Origin: a virus
Lineage: Duplodnaviria > Caudoviricetes
Direction: 5' to 3' (one strand)
IMG/VR virus record: IMGVR_UViG_3300020045_004452
Location: 1 to 28,750 of that record
Length of the DNA stretch: 28,750 bases
Positions 17,804 through 25,378 of this stretch are shown in pieces. The position numbers were made by a program, and so were the translations under genes. Each line of letters starts with the position of its first letter. Within the stretch, counting starts at the first letter, position 1. The notes beneath the pieces are model-generated. The model ran no database searches, had not been told where the DNA came from, and saw nothing but the letters and a program-made list of their open reading frames with translations.

Positions 17804-18426
17804 TGAGCCAAATACACATATATCCAGGTGCTTCACCTAATGACGATACAGGCGACAAACTTAGAGTATTTGCCATTGCCTCAGAAAGTAATTTTAACGA
17901 ACTTTACGCAAATAAAGTTGATAAAGTAGGAGCAAAAGTACTTACTGATGTGAATTTTTCAGCGGCGGATAAAGCAAAACTTGACGGGCTTACGACTGGC
18001 GGGCAAGTGCAGGCTGATTGGAATCAAGGCAATTCTGGAGAAGTTGATTATATCAAGAATAAACCAGAAAACACTAGTGATTTTAATAACGATGGAGACG
18101 GCACAGCTAAATACGTACCAGATGCAATCGCAGCGGGTCGTTATGTTCGTGAAATTGACGGATGGGTATTACTAAACGACGTGACTACCCCTCAAATATT
18201 TGACGGCATCATAGGCGTTACTATTGGATTTGCAGTGGCGCAAACAGTGTTTTCCTTACCATCTGGAGCAAAATGCATTGATGTTTATTTAGCTCATACC
18301 AAACAATACAAAATAACACCCAACAACGGCACTTTATTAAATCGCTGGTCACAAACTGGAAATGATGTGACAATTACAAAAAGTCCAGTTTTAAATAATT
18401 ATCTTTACATTGAATATATCTTATAA
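17803..18426 (+). CDS. Virion fibre/baseplate-like protein, 207 aa
   Basis: N-terminal PNDDTGDKLR...NFNELY resembles the T4 gp9/gp10 N-terminal motif; QADWNQ...DYIKNKP fibre motif. Confidence 0.65.
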   Translation: MSQIHIYPGASPNDDTGDKLRVFAIASESNFNELYANKVDKVGAKVLTDVNFSAADKAKLDGLTTGGQVQADWNQGNSGEVDYIKNKPENTSDFNNDGDGTAKYVPDAIAAGRYVREIDGWVLLNDVTTPQIFDGIIGVTIGFAVAQTVFSLPSGAKCIDVYLAHTKQYKITPNNGTLLNRWSQTGNDVTITKSPVLNNYLYIEYIL

Positions 18427-18428
18427 CT

Positions 18429-20867
18429 ATGAAAAAACTAATATTATTTTTATTACTGTCCGTAGCGAGTTACGGACAAGTATCGACAGGGAACGAAACG
18501 TATTTCGATTACGGAACACAAACGGCTCCTGCCTCATTACAAATACCCGCTACAGTAAATTATTTAGGTACATACGGAACGGACGGCACAAGTGGAAGGA
18601 TAACACCTTTAGATGTAACTATTCCATATATCCCTATAAGCTACGTACCAGCTACTTTTACGCTTGGAGGTCATATTACTGGAATTGATAATAAATTAAA
18701 TACAATCTCAGCAACTACAGCAGGGCAGACTACTAGAGTATGGTTTACAGCAGATCAAACGACAATTACGGCGGGAACATTTGACCTTACGAATCCAACG
18801 AGTAAAGGAACTGCGCCGAGTCATATTCAAAGCGTTGTTAATGACGATAATGAAAAAAAATATTTCCTTACTGATGTAATAGGCGGGGCATTTATTGTCG
18901 ACACAATGTTTCCCCCTGGAATTTATGCGGGCAACCTATCGGCTAGCACTACGCCAAATTCAGCACAACAACGATGGACTGTTGAATTATACAAATGCGA
19001 TAACGGAGGCACGCCAATAGCATCAGGTGTTACAGGGGCTGTTGTTGGTTCGTTAGGCGTTACGGTTATCACAATACTTGATAGTGGATTATTGACGTTA
19101 GCAGATGGAAGCATTGCTAATGTTCAGGTATCTGGGAATTTAGGAGGCACTGGTTTTTCAATACTAGCAGGGCAAAGAGTGCGTTATCACGTTTCAGCTG
19201 AAAAAGTAGGAACTGCCGCTTCAAATATAACTCAAAGCGTATATTATGGAACTTATTATAATTCATTTATTGATGTTACCGTACCATTAAACACTAACGG
19301 AATTACTAACGGTAGTTTAGTTACAGGAGAAACAGCTACGGATGCACTTAATAATTTAAAAGCTTCTATTCCAGAAAACTATACAAAGACTGTTTATGTA
19401 AATGCAACTAATCCAAACAGCGCAACTATTTTTGATTTAAATAATCCGCCTGTAACTAATGACGATTTACTAAAGGCAGATGTCAATAATCTATACATTG
19501 GAAGCGACTCTTCTACATGGGTTTATAACTCTACATCGTTGACTTATACGGCTAAAGTAATCCCTTCAACTCCTACTGTTTTTTATAACACTGGAACAAC
19601 TACCCCCGCTACAAATACAACTTCACCTATTGTAAGATCGGGAAATATAAATACAACAGGTAGATTAACCGTAGGTACGTCTATACCAACAGAGACCAAT
19701 GTAAGAGTAAACAGAGATATTAGCGGTTCGACTTCTTCGAACTCTATTCTGGTTGACGGGGTTATTAAATCAGACGTCACAAATTCAGCTTTTTTAAATA
19801 AGTCGATTGCTATTACAGAAGCTTCTGTTTTTACAGTGCCTAATTTATATCATAACTACGCCTCGCAAGGTGTTTTCGGAGCTGGTTCTGCTGTAACGAA
19901 TCAATATGGATTTTATGCCGATGTTACGCTTTTGGGGGCAACTAATAACTACGGATTTTACGGAGCAGTTTCATTAGGCGGTAATAGATGGAATGCTTAT
20001 ATGAATGGAACAGCCCCTAATTATTTCAACGGTAACGTATCAATAGGCACTACCTCGCAGACTGGTAAATTATTAGTAGTTACCGGAATAGGGAACACGG
20101 TAAGCGTAACAGGTCAACCGACAGCTAGTGTTGTTTTAGGAAACTTAGGCACAAGTACTAATGAAATGCCTGCGGTTATTGGAAAAACAACAAACAACAC
20201 GGGATTAACGATGATGGCAAGTTCAGAAGAAGTGAATTCTACTCCTGATATGCGCTTTGAAATAAGGAGGAATACAAACACAGATTATACTGATAGGACT
20301 ACTACAGGATGGAAGTTTACAAGATTTGGGACTACCGTTATTGATATTCTAAGAAACGGTAATACCACGTTTATAGGTAGTGTATCAGGGATAGCCGCTA
20401 CAACAGCAAATCATTTTGTGATTAAAAGCCAATTTGACTTAAAAGCTGATTTAGCTTCACCAATACTTACAGGCGACCCGAAAGCGCCAACAGCAACTGC
20501 AGGTGATAACGATACAAGTATTGCCACTACTGCTTTTGTCGCAACAGCTACAGGAAATTATAAAAAATATGTTGCTTTATTAACGCAGACGGGTACTTCT
20601 GCGCCGACCGCCACTGTTTTAGAGAATACATTAGGAGGTACAGTGGTTTGGACTAGGACATCTACAGGGGAATATAAAGGGACACTTACTGGAGCATTTA
20701 CAACAAATAAGACTTTTTTCCCTCAACCGTCTATCTCTTTAGCTTCTTACATACTTGCGGCTGTTTTAAATACCAATGAATTAACTATTAGCTCCAGAAA
20801 TACATCAGGAGTATCTACAGATGCGCTTCTCACTAATTCAACCATAGAAATAAGAGTTTACCCTTGA
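18429..20867 (+). CDS. Tail-fibre-like Thr/Gly-rich protein with an N-terminal signal peptide, 812 aa
   Basis: Fibre repeat KADLASPILTGDPKAPTATAGDNDTSIATTAFV and GNVSIGTTS motif; the N-terminus MKKLILFLLLSVASYG/Q is a Sec-type signal. Confidence 0.75.
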   Translation: MKKLILFLLLSVASYGQVSTGNETYFDYGTQTAPASLQIPATVNYLGTYGTDGTSGRITPLDVTIPYIPISYVPATFTLGGHITGIDNKLNTISATTAGQTTRVWFTADQTTITAGTFDLTNPTSKGTAPSHIQSVVNDDNEKKYFLTDVIGGAFIVDTMFPPGIYAGNLSASTTPNSAQQRWTVELYKCDNGGTPIASGVTGAVVGSLGVTVITILDSGLLTLADGSIANVQVSGNLGGTGFSILAGQRVRYHVSAEKVGTAASNITQSVYYGTYYNSFIDVTVPLNTNGITNGSLVTGETATDALNNLKASIPENYTKTVYVNATNPNSATIFDLNNPPVTNDDLLKADVNNLYIGSDSSTWVYNSTSLTYTAKVIPSTPTVFYNTGTTTPATNTTSPIVRSGNINTTGRLTVGTSIPTETNVRVNRDISGSTSSNSILVDGVIKSDVTNSAFLNKSIAITEASVFTVPNLYHNYASQGVFGAGSAVTNQYGFYADVTLLGATNNYGFYGAVSLGGNRWNAYMNGTAPNYFNGNVSIGTTSQTGKLLVVTGIGNTVSVTGQPTASVVLGNLGTSTNEMPAVIGKTTNNTGLTMMASSEEVNSTPDMRFEIRRNTNTDYTDRTTTGWKFTRFGTTVIDILRNGNTTFIGSVSGIAATTANHFVIKSQFDLKADLASPILTGDPKAPTATAGDNDTSIATTAFVATATGNYKKYVALLTQTGTSAPTATVLENTLGGTVVWTRTSTGEYKGTLTGAFTTNKTFFPQPSISLASYILAAVLNTNELTISSRNTSGVSTDALLTNSTIEIRVYP

Positions 20868-20946
20868 CCTACCTACTATACATATTACTATCTGCTATCC
20901 TATGCATTTGGATAACAAAATAATTAATAATTAAACACAAATAAAT

Positions 20947-21189
20947 ATGAAACAATCAAATTTTTTAAGCCTTAACTGGCGAGACATTCTAAGAGGCTTT
21001 TTGCTTGCGTTAATCGCATTCGTTATGAACTGGCTTCAAGTAACTTTTATTCCTGCTTTGGATATTTCTCCAGAAGTTAAAACAATGGTTTTAGCAGGAC
21101 TTGCTTATTTGGCAAAAAACCTGTTTACTCCAGCGGATAAGCCAAAAGGGATTGTTGGAGACAGACCACCAGGAGATGGGGGCAGATAA
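20947..21189 (+). CDS. Holin-like membrane protein, 80 aa
   Basis: Two hydrophobic helices and a charged C-tail; first gene of the lysis cassette. Confidence 0.6.
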   Translation: MKQSNFLSLNWRDILRGFLLALIAFVMNWLQVTFIPALDISPEVKTMVLAGLAYLAKNLFTPADKPKGIVGDRPPGDGGR

Positions 21190-21505
21190 ATTAATTTTAT
21201 GGATTGGATTAGCCGTGTGTTTTACATACGGCTTTTTTTGGAGAGACTTGTTTGAAGATTCTTACTTCAAGTTACAGGCTATTTCATTCTTTTTACTATC
21301 TTTATACCTGATACTTAAAGACAGAGAAAGTTTTGTATGTTACTTATGGGTGTGCTATTCTTTTAACAATTTAATAGATGAAATGCTAGGAGATCCAACA
21401 CATATAAATATAAACGAGAAGTTAATAATAGTACTGTCACCTACTATATGGATAATAATAAATATTTGGAAAAATGACCGACAAAGTAACAGAGGAAGTG
21501 ATTAA
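21176..21505 (+). CDS. Multi-pass membrane protein, 109 aa
   Basis: The ATG at 21176 gives MGADKLILWIGLAVCF...; three to four hydrophobic segments. Confidence 0.65.
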   Translation: MGADKLILWIGLAVCFTYGFFWRDLFEDSYFKLQAISFFLLSLYLILKDRESFVCYLWVCYSFNNLIDEMLGDPTHININEKLIIVLSPTIWIIINIWKNDRQSNRGSD

Positions 21506-21812
21506 TTTTTTTATAAAATTTATTATTATACCAGTATTTGCTGTTTTTGTAAAACTATCAGTTGCAAGTATGAACGGTGGGAAAATAACTAAATTAAACA
21601 TAGCCTTGTCTTTATTTGTAGGCGTTGCTGTTCCATTTATTTTGAAAGACCTGATAGATTATTATATATCTAAGGAATGGGCTACGGCTGTAATCGGATT
21701 CATTGCTATTCTTAGCGACAAAATTGCAGAAACTGTTATCAAAAAAGTAAAAATAGATTTGATTATTACATCTTTGATAAATAATTTAATCACACCAAAA
21801 TCAAAAGAGTAA
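21474..21812 (+). CDS. Holin-like protein with three TM helices, 112 aa
   Basis: Three hydrophobic segments; stop overlaps the endolysin start. Confidence 0.6.
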   Translation: MTDKVTEEVINFFIKFIIIPVFAVFVKLSVASMNGGKITKLNIALSLFVGVAVPFILKDLIDYYISKEWATAVIGFIAILSDKIAETVIKKVKIDLIITSLINNLITPKSKE

Positions 21813-22324
21813 TGATACAGTTTCAAACATTATCCTCAGAGTTCATAATCCCTGTACCGTCAATAAAAGCCTTTCACTTGGTTGAAAGCTCTGGTAATGG
21901 ATTCGAAAACGGAAAGATAAAAATACAATTCGAACCTAGCTGGTTTAAGAAGTTTACAAATATCCTGATCAACAACAAAGTTGATGTTCAGTCAAAAGAA
22001 TGGATAGCTTTTAACGAAGCGTACAAAAAGAATCCAAATAAAGCAATGGAGTCTACATCTTGGGGAGCTATGCAAGTAATGGGATTTCATTTCAAAAGAT
22101 TGGGTTTTGATACCGTTGGTGAAATGGTTGATTTTGCAAAAGAATCTGAGACTAATCAATTGTGGCTAGGCTTAAAGTTTATTCAAACCGATTTGAGGCT
22201 ATACACGGCACTATTGCAAAAAAACTGGGCAAAAGTAGCTTATTACTATAATGGCGCAGGATATGCAATAAATCGATATGATAAAAAGCTAGAGCAAGCA
22301 GAAATAAAATTTAGAACATTATGA
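21812..22324 (+). CDS. Endolysin, N-acetylmuramidase (DUF3380-type), catalytic domain only
   Basis: Motifs VESSGNGF, KIQFEPSWF, STSWGAMQVMGFH and YYNGAGY...YDKKL. Confidence 0.9.
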   Translation: MIQFQTLSSEFIIPVPSIKAFHLVESSGNGFENGKIKIQFEPSWFKKFTNILINNKVDVQSKEWIAFNEAYKKNPNKAMESTSWGAMQVMGFHFKRLGFDTVGEMVDFAKESETNQLWLGLKFIQTDLRLYTALLQKNWAKVAYYYNGAGYAINRYDKKLEQAEIKFRTL

Positions 22325-22467
22325 AAAAACCATTCTGGAAAACAACATTAGGAATAATCACAAAAAATATCTTAACGTTAGGTATAGGTATGATTATTAA
22401 GAATCAAAAAGGAATCAAAGGAACTGATAACGTAAAAAAAATTGATGAAGTGCTAGATAAAATTTAG
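22321..22467 (+). CDS. Small cationic amphipathic peptide, 48 aa (not in ORF track)
   Basis: MKKPFWKTTLGIITKNILTLGIGMIIKNQKGIKGTDNVKKIDEVLDKI*; ATGA overlap with the endolysin stop. Confidence 0.7.
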   Translation: MKKPFWKTTLGIITKNILTLGIGMIIKNQKGIKGTDNVKKIDEVLDKI

Positions 22468-22469
22468 TT

Positions 22470-22485
22470 TGGCACGGTAATTGCA
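22470..22485 (+). promoter_or_regulatory. Sigma-54 (-24/-12) promoter consensus
   Basis: TGGCAC-GGTAA-TTGCA with exact GG-N10-GC spacing, intergenic. Confidence 0.7.
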
Positions 22486-22517
22486 ATACTTAATACATAA
22501 CATTTAAAACTTATACT

Positions 22518-22601
22518 ATGAAAACTATCAACAGATTATTCGAAGCTTTTTACGATGGAATGGGTAAATTTCTAACAGGAAATACAAGATTCCTAACATA
22601 G
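22518..22601 (+). CDS. 27-aa peptide (not in ORF track)
   Basis: MKTINRLFEAFYDGMGKFLTGNTRFLT*; lies between the sigma-54 site and a terminator, with a TTAAAACTTAT leader. Confidence 0.55.
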   Translation: MKTINRLFEAFYDGMGKFLTGNTRFLT

Positions 22602-22607
22602 TAAAAT

Positions 22608-22646
22608 AAAAAATCCCGCTACAAATCAATGAGCGGGATTTTTTTT
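22608..22646. terminator. Bidirectional intrinsic terminator
   Basis: AAAAAATCCCGCT-ACAAATCAATG-AGCGGGATTTTTTTT, with an A tract before and a T tract after. Confidence 0.85.
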
Positions 22647-22717
22647 GCAATCACTTAGCTGTATCCAGAACTTACAACCCCTTCGAGAATATCTATACCA
22701 GTTGCTGACTACTGATT

Positions 22718-22744
22718 AAAAAAAACCACTCCCGAAAGAGTGGT
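22718..22744 (-). terminator. Minus-strand intrinsic terminator with a UUCG loop
   Basis: The minus strand reads ACCACTC-T-TTCG-G-GAGTGGT followed by seven more T. Confidence 0.85.
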
Positions 22745-22771
22745 AAAAAACTAATCAATTAAAACTTATCT
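22718..22771 (-). ncRNA. Predicted ~50-nt small RNA antisense to the AAAACTTATC start-region motif
   Basis: TATATTTG -7 box at 22782-22775; 5' sequence GATAAGTTTTAATTG; UUCG terminator; no coding capacity. Confidence 0.55.
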
Positions 22772-22774
22772 ATG

Positions 22775-22782
22775 CAAATATA
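22775..22782 (-). promoter_or_regulatory. Bacteroidota -7 promoter element directly after the YqaJ stop codon
   Basis: TATATTTG(CA) on the minus strand; no clear -33 TTTG at canonical spacing. Confidence 0.55.
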
Positions 22783-23562
22783 CTAAAAATCTTCATTGCT
22801 TATACTAGCAGGGTCAAAAACTTTTGCGTCATTCACTACGATGTTGTTGACAGCGACAGGATTGCCGAGCCATTGAGCATTGCGTTTGATAGTCTCTACA
22901 TATTCATCACGTAGTTTAACAGCAATCAAAATTCTTTCCTCTATCAGCGCAATAGTTTCCTCACAGCGAGGTACTATAATTTCATGCCAATATTCTTCCC
23001 CATCTTGAATATAATACACGAAATAATAACACTGGGTTGCTCCTGTGTCTTTCATTTGTTTTTGCATTTGAAAGAAGTACTTTTTATCAATTTCATTCGT
23101 AAGGACCACACGAAAGAAAGTTGTTTTGTTTGGGCATTTTATTTCCAGCACTGAATTATTGCTTACTATTCCGTCTGGACTTGACCCGCTTACTCCGTCA
23201 TTGCTTACAAATTCCGATTCGTAAACTTCCAAGAACTCCAGCGCTTTTTGATTCTTAAATTTTTCAAAGGCCAGTGGCTCTCGTTCTTTTCCTTCTTGCA
23301 CAGATGCGGACAAATAAGCATCTTCTTCTGGATCAACAAAAAAATCAATTGCTTTCTCCAGCGCATAGGTTTTTAATCCTTCTGGAATATCCCACGTTGT
23401 GGTTTTTCTTGAATTCGGATTCTCCAGTTTGTATGCAGCCAGTTCCTCTTCAGTCATTTTTCGTGATCCATCGGCACATAGATTCACAATTGGACTGGCT
23501 GTAAATTTCTTTGCACGTTGTTTGTGCCACTCTGGGCTACGCTGGGCTATTTGCTCTGACAT
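22783..23562 (-). CDS. YqaJ/lambda-exonuclease-family nuclease
   Basis: Motifs QRSPEWHKQR...FTAS, EGKEREP, SSPDG, LEIKCP and YFFQMQKQM. Confidence 0.92.
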   Translation of the reverse strand: MSEQIAQRSPEWHKQRAKKFTASPIVNLCADGSRKMTEEELAAYKLENPNSRKTTTWDIPEGLKTYALEKAIDFFVDPEEDAYLSASVQEGKEREPLAFEKFKNQKALEFLEVYESEFVSNDGVSGSSPDGIVSNNSVLEIKCPNKTTFFRVVLTNEIDKKYFFQMQKQMKDTGATQCYYFVYYIQDGEEYWHEIIVPRCEETIALIEERILIAVKLRDEYVETIKRNAQWLGNPVAVNNIVVNDAKVFDPASISNEDF

Positions 23563-24070
23563 AATCTATGTATTTAGTTTCCATTTCTGGAGTTATTGAA
23601 TAATGTTTTTTAATAAGCTCTAGTGTTGCTTTTTGGGCGTGTGCTGGTTGAAAATTTACTTCTGAGAATACAGGCAGTACTTTGGTTAAAACTGGTAGAA
23701 TCGGCTTTATTCTGATACCGTCAGTAATAGCCCCCATCATTTTAACATTTCTATCTACATACAATTCGATAGTAAGCCCTTTCCAGTTCTCAATGATATG
23801 ACAATCTTTACCAATTAAACCGCCTTTCTTTGCAAAACCAGCCAGAATCTTATTGTTTGTAGAGTTCAGTTTGAGCGGTTTAACTGGCTGTGTAAAGTAG
23901 CAAAATATACCGTCCATTTTAGTCCCTGATACATCTACACCAGTTTCAAATTTCACTTCTGATATTGTGAAAAGCAGCGGGATTCCGTCTGTTTCCATTG
24001 CGTCTAAATCTGCACTTGCGAGGTGCGTTGACTTGCGATACTTACGCCAGTCTGTGTGTGTTTGTTCCAT
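23537..24070 (-). CDS. Hypothetical protein in the recombination operon (candidate exonuclease partner), 177 aa
   Basis: Overlaps the YqaJ start; motifs TDWRKY...LASADL, LKLNSTNNK and ENWKG. Confidence 0.8.
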   Translation of the reverse strand: MEQTHTDWRKYRKSTHLASADLDAMETDGIPLLFTISEVKFETGVDVSGTKMDGIFCYFTQPVKPLKLNSTNNKILAGFAKKGGLIGKDCHIIENWKGLTIELYVDRNVKMMGAITDGIRIKPILPVLTKVLPVFSEVNFQPAHAQKATLELIKKHYSITPEMETKYIDYVRANSPA

Positions 24071-24088
24071 TTTGATAAGTTTTAATTG

Positions 24089-24583
24089 TTAAAATTGTAT
24101 TCCTTGTCCAATAAGGAAAGAAATGTGTTTTTCTTTAGTGTCTAGAAATTCCCCGTTTAAGGTCTTAAAAATAAGTTTATTGGTATCTAGTATCAACAAC
24201 GTGTGAGCTTGCCTGTGTTGTCTTGTTTTTAAAATAATTATATCCTTTAAAAAAGAAGTGTTGTAATTCCAGTGATGCAGTTCAAATCCTTTAGGTATAT
24301 TAAAATCACGATTTAGGTTTTTATAAGTAGATGTATTTTTCCATGGCTTGTCTTTGTTCAAAGTCTTACTTCTTTCTAGATAATTTAAACGATGGTATTT
24401 TTCCTTACTTCTTTCTCGTTCTTTTTCGATAAAATCAGGATCATTTGCTTTTCTGTAATAATCGCTCTTTACATCTGATTTATTACAAGTTTTGCATTTA
24501 TTCACGTGACCGTCTGACATTTGGCTATGTCTGTAAAATTCGGTTAACGGCTTTTCTTTGTTGCATTTAAAACATACCTTCAT
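24089..24583 (-). CDS. Zn-finger/HNH-type endonuclease
   Basis: CFKC...EFY...CKTC N-terminal Zn finger; C-terminal ELHHWNY...HRQAH. Confidence 0.7.
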   Translation of the reverse strand: MKVCFKCNKEKPLTEFYRHSQMSDGHVNKCKTCNKSDVKSDYYRKANDPDFIEKERERSKEKYHRLNYLERSKTLNKDKPWKNTSTYKNLNRDFNIPKGFELHHWNYNTSFLKDIIILKTRQHRQAHTLLILDTNKLIFKTLNGEFLDTKEKHISFLIGQGIQF

Positions 24584-24604
24584 ATAATTTGATTTAAATT
24601 TTTA

Positions 24605-24636
24605 CAAAGATATGTTTTTAAAATGGTAAATACAAA
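24605..24636 (-). promoter_or_regulatory. Complete Bacteroidota sigma-A promoter for the HNH gene
   Basis: Minus strand TTTG (24636-24633), 20-nt spacer, TATCTTTG (24612-24605). Confidence 0.75.
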
Positions 24637-24639
24637 TAA

Positions 24640-25011
24640 TTAAAACGGTAAATCCGACGCTTCTTCTTCGTTTGTAGCAGACGTGTTGTTTGGCAAAGCT
24701 GGTTGTTTTGCCAAATAAGCATCCGCAGGGGATTGAGGTTGCGCTTTCTCAATTCTCCAGCCTTGAATTGAATTGAAATAACGAGTTTCTCCAGCTGGAT
24801 TTACCCACTCACGCCCACGCAGATTGATAGATACTTTCACAGGTTGTCCGACTTGGTACGCACTCAGTAAATCACATTTGTCTTGTGTAAATTCAATTAA
24901 AATGTGTTGCGGATATTGCTCGTCTGTAGTAACAACCAATTCACGTTTTTTAAAAGCAGTAGAAACTTGTTGCTCTGCTCCAATGTGTTTAATAGACCCT
25001 AATACTTCCAT
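24640..25011 (-). CDS. DUF3127-family single-stranded DNA-binding protein
   Basis: FKKRELVVTTDEQYPQ...INLRGREW...YFNSIQGWRI, and an acidic C-terminal DLPF tail as in SSBs. Confidence 0.9.
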   Translation of the reverse strand: MEVLGSIKHIGAEQQVSTAFKKRELVVTTDEQYPQHILIEFTQDKCDLLSAYQVGQPVKVSINLRGREWVNPAGETRYFNSIQGWRIEKAQPQSPADAYLAKQPALPNNTSATNEEEASDLPF

Positions 25012-25013
25012 AA

Positions 25014-25265
25014 TTATAATTTTTTATTTTGTTCTTTTAACCTCGCTTTGACTATTTTTAAAGCTTTTTCTAAAACAGACAATCCTTCCAGATTTTTGAT
25101 AAAAACGACTGTTTTATTTGTTGTTACAGCATCTGTACCTAATAAAGAATCTTTTATTTTAAAATCATTTGATTCTATCAGTTCAAAAGATATATAAGGA
25201 ATATCTAATTCCGTTATCCTTCCAGCGCTTATTGCTGTTTTTGCATTCCCAAGTGTGTAATTCAT
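25014..25265 (-). CDS. Hypothetical protein, 83 aa
   Basis: First gene of the leftward operon; TTAAAACTTAT leader. Confidence 0.75.
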   Translation of the reverse strand: MNYTLGNAKTAISAGRITELDIPYISFELIESNDFKIKDSLLGTDAVTTNKTVVFIKNLEGLSVLEKALKIVKARLKEQNKKL

Positions 25266-25293
25266 AATAAATAAGTTTTAAATTAATATGATG

Positions 25294-25356
25294 CAATGTT
25301 ACGACGAAAATTTTAATTAAAAAAATTTTGAACTTAAAATTTTATGTATATATTTG
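25294..25356. promoter_or_regulatory. Divergent promoter region
   Basis: Plus strand: TTTG (25327-25330), 18-nt spacer, TATATTTG (25349-25356). Minus strand: near-consensus TAACATTG (25301-25294). Confidence 0.7.
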
Positions 25357-25378
25357 CAGATATAAAAAATCACTTATC

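Noticed and set aside
18410-18688. 92-aa alternative-frame ORF over the start of the fibre gene
   Set aside because: Non-ATG start and almost fully nested in a better-supported gene.
22648-22717. Minus-strand stretch with tRNA-like words (AGCAACTGGTATAGA, GGTTGTAAGTTC) between two terminators
   Set aside because: No T-arm stem or acceptor stem can be formed, so a cloverleaf is not supported. At most a degenerate remnant; tRNAscan-SE or ARAGORN would settle it.
12339-25378. Extended starts in the ORF track at 12339, 12854, 15793, 21101 and 25328 (also 2886)
   Set aside because: They run through terminators, promoters or upstream genes; downstream ATGs have better context.
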